NCBI GenBank assembly: GCA_964603385.1
Contig: CAZRUS010000012.1
Location: 3,738 to 67,737 of the forward strand
From: an uncultured Anaerolineales bacterium
Lineage (GTDB): Bacteria > Chloroflexota > Anaerolineae > Anaerolineales > UBA11858
Direction of reading: 5' to 3'
Length of the DNA: 64,000 nt
Of this stretch, positions 28,364-37,780 are shown piece after piece. The notes below the pieces were generated by a model. That model had not been told where the DNA came from. It saw nothing but the letters and a program-made list of their open reading frames with translations, and did not search any database. A program made the position numbers and the translations under genes. Position 1 is the first letter of the stretch; each line of letters begins with the position of its first letter.

Positions 28364-30391
28364 CTAGGCGGTTGCCTTTTCTGGTTCCGGCTGCACATCC
28401 CAGAGAATGCCCTTCAGTTCGGACATCACCTGGGTGTTGGTGAAGTGGGCTCCGTCGATGGCTCCGCTCGGGCAGGCCGCCACGCAGGTGCCGCAGCCCA
28501 TGCACAGAGCGGTGATCACTTGGGAGACTTCTTTTTCCTCATTGAACTCGATGGCATTGTAGGGGCAGAGGTTATTGCAGATCTTGCAGCCGGAGCAGTC
28601 CTCTTCGCGGATGCTGGCCCGGATGGGCTCCATCATTACCGTCCCCTGGCCAATCAGTTTGGCCACCTGTGAGGCAGCAGCCCCACCCTGGGCGACGGTC
28701 TCCGGAATGTCCTTGGGGCCCTGGCAGGCGCCGGCAATGAAAATGCCGTCCGTCATGGTAGCGACGGGGGCCAGCTTGGGGTGGCGCTCACTGAAGAAGC
28801 CGTCAAAGTCACATCCCAGTTTGAAGAGATTGGAAAGCTCTTCCGCGTCATGGCGGGGTTCGATACCCGCGCTGAGGATAACCATATCCACCGGCAGGCG
28901 CTGCTGCTTACCGAGCAGGGTGTTTTCGTACTGCACGGCGAGCCGGCCTTGTTCATCCTCTGCGTAATCCGCGTCGGTGATCTCCGCCACTCTGCCGCGG
29001 ATCATGTGGGTGCCTTCGTTCAGCAGGCGGTGATAAAACTCTTCATATCCCTTTCCGGGGGTGCGCATATCAATATAGAAGTTGTAAACTTCAGCTTCGG
29101 GGACATGCTCGTGCACCAGGTGAGCGAACTTCAGCGAATACATACAGCAGACTTTGGAGCAGTATTCGTTGTAGTTCTTGTCCCGAGAACCCACACAGTG
29201 AACGATGGCGATGCGTTCCGGTACGGTTTCTCCATCCCGGAGGACGACGTGTCCCTCGGTAGGACCGGAAGCGTTGACCATGCGTTCGAACTCCAGGCTG
29301 TCGAAGACATTTTCCAGCCGACCATAACCGTACTGGGGGATCCGTCGGGCATCAAAGAGATCGTAGCCGGTGGCGATGATGATGTTGCCCACAGTGATTT
29401 GCAGGATCTCATCTTCCTGCTCAAAATCGATGGCATCGGTGGGACAGAACTTCTCACAGGCCCGGCATTTTCCGGTCTGGAAATAAATGCAGTTTTCCTT
29501 ATCCAGCACTGGGTAGCCGGGGACTGCCTGGGGGAAAGCCCGGTAAACAGCTTTCCGGTAGCCCAGCCCGGCGCCGTAGTCATCATCAATGACCTTGACC
29601 GGGCATTTCTCTTCACAAATGCCGCAGGAAGTGCAGGCTACTTCATCCACACAGCGCGCTTTCTTGCGCACCTTGATCTGGAAGTTGCCGATGTAGCCTT
29701 CCACTTCTTCCACCTCACTGTAGGTCAGCAGTGTGATGTTGTCATGCTGTCCAGCTTCGACCATTTTCGGCGTAAGAATACAGGCCGAGCAGTCCAGGGT
29801 GGGGAAGGTCTTGTCAATCTGGGCCATATGCCCGCCGATGGTGCCTTCTCTTTCCACCAGGTAAACATGGTGACCGGCATCAGCCAGGTCCAGTGCGGCG
29901 GTGATTCCGGCAATGCCCCCGCCGACGATCAGCGTATTGGGATCGATTTCCACGGGGATTTTTTCCAGAGCATCGTGGTGGACAACCCGTTCCACGGCTC
30001 CGTTGACCAGCGCCTTTGCCTTTTGAGTAGCTGCTTGTTTGTCATTGGTCGCCCAGGAACCATGCTCGCGGATGTTGGCCATTTCATACAGGTAGGGATT
30101 CAAGCCGCCGCGCTCCGTTGCTTCCCGAAAGGTTTTTTCATGCATGTGCGGCGAGCAGGAGGCGACCACCACACGGGTCAGGCCGAGTTCCTTGATGTCC
30201 TTCTCAATCATTTCCTGACCGGTGCTGGAGCACATAAACTCATAATCGCGGGAAACGGCCACATTGGGATTATCCTCGGCCCATTTAGCGACCTCTTTGA
30301 CGTCAATCGTACCAGCGATGTTGGACCCACAGTGACAGACGTAAACGCCAACTTTTTCTTGCTGTGCAGGGGTTTTTTTGGAATCGGTCAT
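28364..30391 (-). CDS. hdrA: heterodisulfide reductase subunit A-like FAD/FeS protein
   Basis: VYVCHCGSNIAG, FAD fold VGGGIAGITAALDLA, VHCVGSRD and several ferredoxin-type CxxCxxCxxxCP motifs. Confidence 0.9.
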   Translation of the reverse strand: MTDSKKTPAQQEKVGVYVCHCGSNIAGTIDVKEVAKWAEDNPNVAVSRDYEFMCSSTGQEMIEKDIKELGLTRVVVASCSPHMHEKTFREATERGGLNPYLYEMANIREHGSWATNDKQAATQKAKALVNGAVERVVHHDALEKIPVEIDPNTLIVGGGIAGITAALDLADAGHHVYLVEREGTIGGHMAQIDKTFPTLDCSACILTPKMVEAGQHDNITLLTYSEVEEVEGYIGNFQIKVRKKARCVDEVACTSCGICEEKCPVKVIDDDYGAGLGYRKAVYRAFPQAVPGYPVLDKENCIYFQTGKCRACEKFCPTDAIDFEQEDEILQITVGNIIIATGYDLFDARRIPQYGYGRLENVFDSLEFERMVNASGPTEGHVVLRDGETVPERIAIVHCVGSRDKNYNEYCSKVCCMYSLKFAHLVHEHVPEAEVYNFYIDMRTPGKGYEEFYHRLLNEGTHMIRGRVAEITDADYAEDEQGRLAVQYENTLLGKQQRLPVDMVILSAGIEPRHDAEELSNLFKLGCDFDGFFSERHPKLAPVATMTDGIFIAGACQGPKDIPETVAQGGAAASQVAKLIGQGTVMMEPIRASIREEDCSGCKICNNLCPYNAIEFNEEKEVSQVITALCMGCGTCVAACPSGAIDGAHFTNTQVMSELKGILWDVQPEPEKATA

Positions 30392-30397
30392 TGGTTT

Positions 30398-31360
30398 TTA
30401 TCCCTCCTCCGTCATAACAGGCATGGGAAGGCCGGTTGATTTCTTAACTCTTCTGCGCCGCTTCTTCTGGGGAGGTTCCTCAGTGACCTTGGACAGAGCG
30501 GATTTGGCTGAGACGATCTCCTTCCCAAATCCCAGCTGGTTCGCGGGGATGCCAAAAGCCAGGCCCATCAGCTGGGTGAAGTAAACCACCGGAATGTTGT
30601 AATCTGTTCCGTAGCGGGCATTGACCGCATCCTGGTAGGCATCCAGATTCAGCTGGCACATCGGGCACAGGGTGGCAATCATATCTGCCCCGTAGTCATC
30701 GGCGTTCTTAATCAGACGCCGGATCATCTCCAGGGCGGTTTCCTCACTGATCTGGGTCATATGTCCGCCGCAGCACTGGGCTTTGAGCGGAAATTCGACT
30801 ACAACAGCGCCCAACTTTTCAAATAGAACGTCCATGGATAAGGGATGTTCTGGATCGTCAAAGCTGGCCATCGAAGCCGGTCGGGGTACCATACAGCCGT
30901 AATAAGGCGCGATCCGCAGGTTGTAGAGCGGTTTTTGAATTTGTTCCTCAATCTTATCGTACCCGACATCCTTGACAATGATCTCCAGCAGATGTTTGAC
31001 GTCAACACTGCCCGGTTGGTAGCTCATTCCTCCCGCTTCCAGCGCCTGATCGATTTTTTGGCGCAGCGGTTGGGATTCTTCCAGGGAATGGTCGGTCTTC
31101 AGCAGGTTGATGTAGCAGGCGCTGCAGGGAGCAACCAATTTTTCACTGTCATTCTGCTGGGCGGCCAGGGCCAGGTTGCGGCTGACCAGAGCATAGGCTG
31201 GAACCTGATTGAGGGCGAAATATTCTGTCGCCCCGCAGCAGTTCCAATCTTCCAGCTCCTGGAATTCCACGTCCAGTTTCTCTGCCACGGCCATGGTGGA
31301 GTCGTGGTAGGAGCGGGCATTGCGCTCCAGAGAGCAGCCGGGGTAATATCCGTATTTCAT
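30398..31360 (-). CDS. hdrB: heterodisulfide reductase subunit B-like (two CCG domains)
   Basis: YYPGCSL, WNCCGATEY and AQCCGGHM motifs. Confidence 0.9.
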   Translation of the reverse strand: MKYGYYPGCSLERNARSYHDSTMAVAEKLDVEFQELEDWNCCGATEYFALNQVPAYALVSRNLALAAQQNDSEKLVAPCSACYINLLKTDHSLEESQPLRQKIDQALEAGGMSYQPGSVDVKHLLEIIVKDVGYDKIEEQIQKPLYNLRIAPYYGCMVPRPASMASFDDPEHPLSMDVLFEKLGAVVVEFPLKAQCCGGHMTQISEETALEMIRRLIKNADDYGADMIATLCPMCQLNLDAYQDAVNARYGTDYNIPVVYFTQLMGLAFGIPANQLGFGKEIVSAKSALSKVTEEPPQKKRRRRVKKSTGLPMPVMTEEG

Positions 31361-31941
31361 ACTTCACCTCCAAGCTCTTTGGCTTTAGCGAGGATTGCCT
31401 TAAGCTGGGAAATGTTCTTGATCCTGGGAGGAAGCAGATCCATCCGTCCCCGGGTGAACATTTTCAGCCCCATCCCTGTTGCCATCTTGAAGGCATCCAC
31501 CGGGTGGTAACGCAGATGGTAGCGGGTGGCCAGGCCCAGCTCAAAGCTGCGGCCGTTGTTTTCCACGAAATCAATAAAGGTCTCAGAGAATTCCGGCGCC
31601 TTGTCTTTGCCGGCTTTCTGATAGTGGCCTTCTTTGATCGCCAACCGCTTCAGCGCGTACATGATATCGGTGATGTGAATATCCTGCGGACAGCGGACCA
31701 TGCAGTAGTAGCAGGATACACAGTACCAGGGGGTGTTGCTTTGCAGTACATCCTCTCTCAGCCCCGCGTCGATCATTGCAAACAGGGTTCTCGGTGTATG
31801 GTCCATATCCGGTCCGGAAGGGCAGGACCCACCGCAGGTGCCGCACTGCAGACAGGTTTTTAAAGCCCCGCCGAGACCCGTTGTTTCTGCGACGACCTCA
31901 TCATAGAATGTGGGGGCGCGAGCAGACAGGGTTTCATTCAT
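31357..31941 (-). CDS. hdrC: heterodisulfide reductase subunit C-like (2x[4Fe-4S])
   Basis: CLQCGTCGGSCP and CVSCYYCMVRCP. ATG at 31941 is preceded by GAGGAGG. Confidence 0.85.
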   Translation of the reverse strand: MNETLSARAPTFYDEVVAETTGLGGALKTCLQCGTCGGSCPSGPDMDHTPRTLFAMIDAGLREDVLQSNTPWYCVSCYYCMVRCPQDIHITDIMYALKRLAIKEGHYQKAGKDKAPEFSETFIDFVENNGRSFELGLATRYHLRYHPVDAFKMATGMGLKMFTRGRMDLLPPRIKNISQLKAILAKAKELGGEV

Positions 31942-32065
31942 AACAGCCTCCTCAACAAGGGATGTCATCTGTAGTTCAATCCGTATGAGTTCAAGTGAGA
32001 ATTTCCCTACTGAAAGCTTGATCTAGGTTCGCTCAGAAAGTATAGTCAAGCTGAATTTCAGCCAC

Positions 32066-32083
32066 AAGTGAAGTATATCACTT
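32066..32083. promoter_or_regulatory. Rex-operator-like palindrome AAGTGA-AGTATA-TCACTT
   Basis: The GTGAA-N4-ATCAC core resembles the Rex consensus TTGTGAA-N4-TTCACAA. It lies in the hdr / tkt divergent AT-rich region, and rex is encoded at 60602-61234. Confidence 0.35.
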
Positions 32084-32163
32084 ATTGTCCGATTATCCTC
32101 ACTCGACCATAATTATTCTTTATCTAAATCGGATATTTGCCCATGATTTGCTTATATATCGAG

Positions 32164-32182
32164 GATATATCTTTGATATATC
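32164..32182. promoter_or_regulatory. two copies of the self-complementary octamer GATATATC separated by 3 nt
   Basis: Read directly, about 160 nt upstream of tkt. Confidence 0.25.
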
Positions 32183-32342
32183 AGATGATACCATGCCTGC
32201 AGGGAGCAGTCAATCAAGACCCCACCGTGGGGGACAAATCTTGGAAATTTCTTAATAAAGGGAAAATTTGACTGCAGGAAAGCCGCTCTGCCGTATAATA
32301 AATCCATAGTGGAGTCAAGATTTAGTCGAGGAGAATCAAGCT

Positions 32343-34361
32343 ATGTCGGGCAACAGATCGCTGCAGGAAAAGGCTATCAACACCCTCCGCTTTCTTTCAG
32401 CGGATGCAGTCCAGCAGGCAAATTCCGGTCACCCCGGTTTGCCGATGGGAACGGCGGCGATCGCTTACACATTGTGGACCAGGCACCTGAAGCATAATCC
32501 CCGGGACCCCCAGTGGTTCAACCGGGACCGTTTTGTGCTCTCCGGCGGTCACGGCTCCATGCTGCTCTATTCTCTGCTCCATCTTACCGGCTATGATCTC
32601 CCGCTGGAGGAAATCAAGAGCTTCCGGCAGTGGGGCAGCATTACCCCCGGTCACCCGGAGTACGGCCTGACACCGGGTGTGGAAACCACCACGGGGCCGC
32701 TGGGGCAGGGATTTGCCAACGGGGTGGGCTTTGCTGTCGCAGAAGCCCATCTGGCAGCCATCTTCAATCAACCCGATCACGGCATCATCGATCATTACAC
32801 CTACGCAATTGCCACGGATGGGGATTTGATGGAAGGCATTGCTTCCGAAGCTGCTTCCCTGGCCGGACATCTGCAGCTGGGCAAGCTGATTTATATTTAT
32901 GATGACAATCGCATCTCCATTGACGGCAGCACCGAGCTGGCGTTCACGGAGGATCGCTCCGCACGGTTTGCAGCCTACGGGTGGCAGGTGCTCCAGGTGG
33001 AGGATGGCAATGATGTCCAGGCGATTGACCGGGCTCTCCAGGAGGCAAAAGAAGATCCCCGGCCCTCCCTGATCATCTGCAGAACTCATATTGGCTACGG
33101 CCTGCCCACCAAGCAGGATACCGAGGAAGCTCACGGGTCCCCGCCGGGGGATGAGGAACTGGACGCTGCCAAGGAGAATCTGGGGTACCCGGTGAAGCCC
33201 CGTTTCTATATCGATCCCGAGGTGCTGGAGCATTTTCGAGCAGCTGTGGATCGGGGGCAAGCATGGCAGAAGGCATGGGAGGAGGAATTAGAAGAGTACA
33301 GCCGCAAGCATCCTGAACAGGGCAGGGAATTGATCCGGCGCCTCCGCGGAGACCTGCCGGAGGATTGGAAGCGCGATCTGCCCATTTTTCCGCCGGATGA
33401 AAACGGCATGGCTACCCGGAAGGCATCCGGGTTGACCATCAACGCCATCGCACCCCATCTGCCGGAACTGATCGGCGGCAGTGCCGATCTGGCTCCCTCT
33501 AATAAAACCTGGATTGAAGGCAGCCCTGCCTTCCAGCAGGAGCAGTACCAGGGACGCAATTTCCATTTTGGCGTTCGCGAACATGCCATGGGGGGGATTG
33601 TCAATGGCATGGCCATTCACGGCGGGATTATTCCCTACGGCGGCACATTCCTGGTCTTCTCGGATTATATGCGCCCGGCCGTCCGCCTGGCTGCGCTTTC
33701 CCATATGCCCAGCATCTGGGTCTACACACATGACAGCATCGGCCTGGGAGAGGACGGGCCCACCCATCAACCGGTGGAGCACCTGGCCGCTCTGCGGGCG
33801 ATCCCGGATTTGACAGTCATCCGACCGGGGGATGCCAATGAGGTCGTCCAATCCTGGGTGTATGCTGTCAAGCAGCGGAAGCATCCCACGGCACTGGTCT
33901 TTTCCCGGCAGGGCATGCCCACGCTGGACCGGGAGACATTCCGCAGCGCAGACGGTCTGCAGCGCGGAGCTTATGTGCTGGCAGACCTGGGCCCGGCAGA
34001 TCCCGAACTGATCCTGATCGCCTCCGGTTCTGAACTTCATCTGATTACGAAAGCCGGGCTCCGCCTGGCGGAGGACGGCGTATCGGTTCGACTGGTTTCT
34101 TTCCCCAGCTGGGAAATTTTCCGGGAGCAGGAAGCAGCCTATCAGGAGGCTGTGCTCCCCTCGCAGCTAACTGCCCGCCTGGCTGTGGAAGCAGGGGTTC
34201 CTCAAGGATGGCGGGAATGGGTTGGCGATCAGGGTGAGGTGATTGGTTTTCGCCAGTTTGGACACTCGGCGCCAGGCGGACGAGTTATGGATGAGTACGG
34301 ATACAATGTGGATCACGTTTATACCACGGCCAGAGAACTGCTCAGGAAGGTGAAAAGATGA
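32343..34361 (+). CDS. tkt: transketolase
   Basis: [11 protein letters not shown] thiamine-PP motif; 672 aa. Confidence 0.95.
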   Translation: MSGNRSLQEKAINTLRFLSADAVQQANSGHPGLPMGTAAIAYTLWTRHLKHNPRDPQWFNRDRFVLSGGHGSMLLYSLLHLTGYDLPLEEIKSFRQWGSITPGHPEYGLTPGVETTTGPLGQGFANGVGFAVAEAHLAAIFNQPDHGIIDHYTYAIATDGDLMEGIASEAASLAGHLQLGKLIYIYDDNRISIDGSTELAFTEDRSARFAAYGWQVLQVEDGNDVQAIDRALQEAKEDPRPSLIICRTHIGYGLPTKQDTEEAHGSPPGDEELDAAKENLGYPVKPRFYIDPEVLEHFRAAVDRGQAWQKAWEEELEEYSRKHPEQGRELIRRLRGDLPEDWKRDLPIFPPDENGMATRKASGLTINAIAPHLPELIGGSADLAPSNKTWIEGSPAFQQEQYQGRNFHFGVREHAMGGIVNGMAIHGGIIPYGGTFLVFSDYMRPAVRLAALSHMPSIWVYTHDSIGLGEDGPTHQPVEHLAALRAIPDLTVIRPGDANEVVQSWVYAVKQRKHPTALVFSRQGMPTLDRETFRSADGLQRGAYVLADLGPADPELILIASGSELHLITKAGLRLAEDGVSVRLVSFPSWEIFREQEAAYQEAVLPSQLTARLAVEAGVPQGWREWVGDQGEVIGFRQFGHSAPGGRVMDEYGYNVDHVYTTARELLRKVKR

Positions 34362-34825
34362 GGATTGCGGTAGGAACGGATCACGGCGGTTATCCCCTGA
34401 AAGAGGTGATCATGCAGGCAGTCAGAAATGCCGGACATGAAGTCCTTGATTTGGGAACTTTTTCGGAAGACAGTGTGGATTACCCGGATTATGCAGAGAA
34501 AGTAGGCCGGGCAGTTCAGGAAGGCGATGCCGACCGCGGGATCGTGCTCTGCGGTTCCGGCGTGGGCGCCTGCATTGCAGCAAACAAAATGGTCGGTGTT
34601 TATGCGGCGATCTGTCATGATGTCTATTCAGCCCGCCAGGGGGTAGAGCACGATGATATGAATGTGCTCTGTCTGGGATCGCGGGTCATCGGACCGGAAG
34701 TAGCCAAAGAACTGGTGCCTGCTTTCCTGCAGGCGGAATTCACCGGCGGCCAGCCGGGGCAAGAACGGCACCAGCGGCGTGTACAAAAAGTCAGAAAACT
34801 AGAAGAAAAGGGAATACGATCATGA
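34358..34825 (+). CDS. rpiB: ribose-5-phosphate isomerase B
   Basis: [16 protein letters not shown] and [13 protein letters not shown] motifs. Confidence 0.9.
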   Translation: MRIAVGTDHGGYPLKEVIMQAVRNAGHEVLDLGTFSEDSVDYPDYAEKVGRAVQEGDADRGIVLCGSGVGACIAANKMVGVYAAICHDVYSARQGVEHDDMNVLCLGSRVIGPEVAKELVPAFLQAEFTGGQPGQERHQRRVQKVRKLEEKGIRS

Positions 34826-35955
34826 GTTCTCAAATTTTGAAGCTCCATGAACTCGGGCAGTCGCTCTGGTATGACAATATTCACCGGGAGATGCTGCTGG
34901 ATGGGACCATGGAAGGGATGATTGAACGGGGAGAGATCCGGGGCGTGACTTCCAATCCAAGCATATTTAATAAAGCGATTGGTCAGTCGGATGTTTACCT
35001 GGATGACCTCAACGAACTGATTGGCAGCGGGGTCCCCCGGGAGGATATCTATGAGGCCTTGGCTGTCAAAGATATTCAAATGGCGACCGATTTGTTCCGA
35101 CCGCTTTACAATCAGACTCAGGGGGGAGATGGCTATGTCAGCCTGGAAGTCAGTCCTTATCTGGCCAATGATACCGAGGGGACCATTGCCGAAGCCCGGC
35201 GGCTGTGGGAAATGGTTGACCGGCCGAATTTGCTGGTTAAAATCCCGGCTACATTGGAGGGGCTGCCGGCAATTACCGAGTCAATTGCCAGCGGAATTAA
35301 TATCAATATTACCCTGATCTTTGGCCTGGAACGCTATGCGGCGGTGCGGGAAGCCTATCTGGCCGGCTTGGAACAGCGGCTGGAACGCGGAGGGACGATC
35401 GATAGGATAGCTTCCGTGGCCTCGTTTTTTATCTCCCGGATTGATTCTAAGATCGATCAGCGGCTGATGAAGCTGGTTGAAAAGGGTGAGCCAAAGATCC
35501 AGTCCAAAGCGAAATCTCTGCTGGGGCAGGTCGCTGTTGCTAATGGAAAGCTGGCCTATCAGGATTATCGGGAGACTTTCAGCGATGAAAATCCTCGCTA
35601 TCAATCATTGAAGGGGAAAGGGGCCAATCAGCAGCGGGTGCTCTGGGCTTCGACCAGCACCAAGAATCCCGACTACTCGGATGTCAAGTATGTTGAGGAG
35701 ATGATTGGGCCGGGAACGGTGAATACGGTTCCACAGCGGACACTGGACGCCTTCAAGGATCACGGCAAGGCGGAACGGACTATTGATCAGGATCTGGATC
35801 ATGCCCGTCAGGTCCTGGACACATTGTCTGAGGTGGGGGTGGATCTTGGCCAGGCAACCAAGGAGCTGGAGGAAGAAGGAGTGGAAAAATTCGCTGATTC
35901 CTTTACTGCCCTCCTGGACACCATTCAGGAAAAGATCCATGAGGTCCAAACCTGA
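34822..35955 (+). CDS. tal: transaldolase (long form)
   Basis: GQSLWYDNI..GVTSNPSIF and LLVKIPAT motifs. Confidence 0.9.
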   Translation: MSSQILKLHELGQSLWYDNIHREMLLDGTMEGMIERGEIRGVTSNPSIFNKAIGQSDVYLDDLNELIGSGVPREDIYEALAVKDIQMATDLFRPLYNQTQGGDGYVSLEVSPYLANDTEGTIAEARRLWEMVDRPNLLVKIPATLEGLPAITESIASGININITLIFGLERYAAVREAYLAGLEQRLERGGTIDRIASVASFFISRIDSKIDQRLMKLVEKGEPKIQSKAKSLLGQVAVANGKLAYQDYRETFSDENPRYQSLKGKGANQQRVLWASTSTKNPDYSDVKYVEEMIGPGTVNTVPQRTLDAFKDHGKAERTIDQDLDHARQVLDTLSEVGVDLGQATKELEEEGVEKFADSFTALLDTIQEKIHEVQT

Positions 35956-36646
35956 TTTGAGGGAATCACACTCTTCCGGTCAGGCCGGGACAAGCTCACC
36001 AGAAAGAAGGATCGAAGAGGGATGGCGGGCTGCCGAGATGCTCACCTCACCGGATCTGCTGATCCGAGAGCAAGGGCTGGATTTGCTTCAGAACAGCCCC
36101 CTTCTGGCCCAGGATCCTTTAATCGCCTATTTGCTGGCTGACAGGCTTACCGATCCGGAGCTGAGTATTCGTCGTCAATCTCTGCAGATCCTGGGCGATT
36201 TGCTCGCTGAGGAGCAGCAGGCCTGTGACCCGGGTGATAAAGTGATCCAGCATCTGCACGGCGCTTTGCTCCAGTTCACCCGGGAAGATTACTTGAAGAT
36301 GCTGGAAGTTTCTCTAGAATATCTCTCTGCAGAAGACGATCTGATCCGGGTGCTGCATCTCTGCTCCTTTGCAGGGAGACATCTGAGTGGTATAGTATAC
36401 GACCGGAAAGCGGACCTTGCCCTGCGGCAAAAAGCGATCTATTTTGCCGGCCGCGTGGGCATTATGGAAGTTCGGGAAATGCTGGAAAGATTGGTGCAGC
36501 GGGTTGAGCGGAATCGGGACCAGGCTGATCAACAAAACCGTTCCATTCCGGGCGGGTATGAGGAATTGGAAGCGCTCTATCCCTATGCGGTTGGCGCGAT
36601 CCTCCGGCTGGGCACCATCCCCAAAACCTCTGGAGAGGAAGGATGA
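35939..36646 (+). CDS. HEAT-repeat-like hypothetical protein
   Basis: Helical repeats (LIAYLLADRLTDPELSIRRQSLQILGDLL). ATG at 35939 overlaps the tal 3' end. Confidence 0.45.
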   Translation: MRSKPDLRESHSSGQAGTSSPERRIEEGWRAAEMLTSPDLLIREQGLDLLQNSPLLAQDPLIAYLLADRLTDPELSIRRQSLQILGDLLAEEQQACDPGDKVIQHLHGALLQFTREDYLKMLEVSLEYLSAEDDLIRVLHLCSFAGRHLSGIVYDRKADLALRQKAIYFAGRVGIMEVREMLERLVQRVERNRDQADQQNRSIPGGYEELEALYPYAVGAILRLGTIPKTSGEEG

Positions 36647-37272
36647 CCAAGAGAATGCTGAAAACATCATCGCTGATTTCAATGGCCTTGGGGTTGTTCC
36701 TGGCGCTGGCGTTCTTCTTTTCCCCAGCTGCGCTGGCTTCAGACCAGCAGCAGCAGCCGACCGTAGCCATTCCCACTGTGACCGGCACCCCACAGGGACC
36801 AGTGGCCATCGTGTATTCCGATCCGGAGGACCAGATCAATGTCCGCTCGGGGCCGGATGTGTTTTATCCCAAAGTGGGTGTGCTGATCAACCGCCAGGAA
36901 GTCCCTGCTTTGGCACGCACCGAGGGGGGAGTTTGGGTGCAGATTGCCTATCCCGGCGTCGCGGAAGGAGTGGCCTGGGTCTACGCCCCTTATGTCCGGG
37001 TAACCGGTGAACTGCCGATTATTCCTAAGCCGCCCACGCCGACCCCGCGAACCACACCGACGATCGATCCCACCCTGGCCTCACAGTTTATCGCTGAGAT
37101 CCCGCCAACACGCAAACCAACCTATACTCCGCCGCCGCCGCTGGTGATCCCGACCTTCGAGGAACAAACGGCAGGGACCGGCACCGGAGGGCTGCCCAGT
37201 GGTTTTATCATTCTGGGATTGGTTTCCATCGGGGTATTTGGGCTGGTGATCTCTTTTTTGAGGCGATCCTGA
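36643..37272 (+). CDS. secreted/anchored SH3b-domain protein with a Pro/Thr-rich linker and C-terminal TM helix
   Basis: Signal peptide, INVRSGPDVFYPKVGVL...GVWVQIAY (bacterial SH3), and a C-terminal helix FIILGLVSIGVFGLVISFL. Confidence 0.6.
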   Translation: MTKRMLKTSSLISMALGLFLALAFFFSPAALASDQQQQPTVAIPTVTGTPQGPVAIVYSDPEDQINVRSGPDVFYPKVGVLINRQEVPALARTEGGVWVQIAYPGVAEGVAWVYAPYVRVTGELPIIPKPPTPTPRTTPTIDPTLASQFIAEIPPTRKPTYTPPPPLVIPTFEEQTAGTGTGGLPSGFIILGLVSIGVFGLVISFLRRS

Positions 37273-37300
37273 TCTGAAAAATGGCTGTCACTGAGAAAGC

Positions 37301-37335
37301 AAAATCCCTGTCCGGATTTTTCAGACAGGGATTTT
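37301..37335. terminator. bidirectional intrinsic terminator between the convergent SH3b and HesB-like genes
   Basis: 12-bp stem AAAATCCCTGTC / GACAGGGATTTT flanked by A-run and T-run. Confidence 0.6.
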
Positions 37336-37354
37336 TTCTTATTTGGCGCTGATC

Positions 37355-37711
37355 TCAGCCGCAGCCACCGGCTGAGGGGTCGCAGCCTGAACAGCCGGAA
37401 AAGGCTGTCTGCGCTTTTTCCTGCTGGATTTGAAAACCACTGCGTCCACTTTCATTGACGAAGGCAATGGTTGCTTTCTGCAGGTAAGCCATTGTGCGAT
37501 CATCCACGATGATCGCTACGTCATGACTGGTAAACTGGAGATCATTATCTCTGAGCTGATCGTCCAGGGTCATGCCGTACTGAGGGCCGCTTCAACCAAC
37601 CCCGGCGATATACACGCGTAGGGAATGACCTTCCAGGTCCTGCTCTTTGAGCAGATCCTGAACTGCTACAGCCGCTTCGGGGGTAAGGGAGATTTGTTCT
37701 GTGTTTTCCAT
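37355..37711 (-). CDS. IscA/HesB-like Fe-S assembly protein with an in-frame TGA (probable selenocysteine) at 37592-37594
   Basis: My own translation: MENTEQISLTPEAAVAVQDLLKEQDLEGHSLRVYIAGVG[TGA]SGPQYGMTLDD...SGCSGCDPSAGGCG. The TGA aligns with the Cys of the IscA GGGCSGFQY motif. AGGTGG lies 3 nt before the ATG at 37711. The track reports only the 72-aa C-terminal part. Confidence 0.6.
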
Positions 37712-37752
37712 ATCCACCTATCAGAGTCTAAAAATAATCGGAACCTGGAATG

Positions 37753-37780
37753 ATTTTAACAGGCTCAGCCTGGTTGTCAA
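37753..37780 (-). promoter_or_regulatory. near-consensus promoter TTGACA-N16-TAAAAT upstream of the HesB-like gene
   Basis: Minus-strand reading: -35 at 37775-37780 and -10 at 37753-37758, about 40 nt before the ATG at 37711. Confidence 0.45.

Noticed and set aside
28781-30439. Long antisense ORFs. Examples: 552 aa opposite hdrA, 353 aa at 17036-18097 opposite xdhC, 343 aa at 53630-54661 opposite the L,D-transpeptidase, 287 aa at 32397-33260 opposite tkt, and 266 aa at 26073-26873 opposite mvhA.
   Set aside because: - Each lies fully inside a gene with strong family motifs on the other strand.
- Their translations are low-complexity (Gly/Arg/Pro/His-rich) with no recognisable motifs.
- They are typical shadow ORFs of GC-rich coding DNA.
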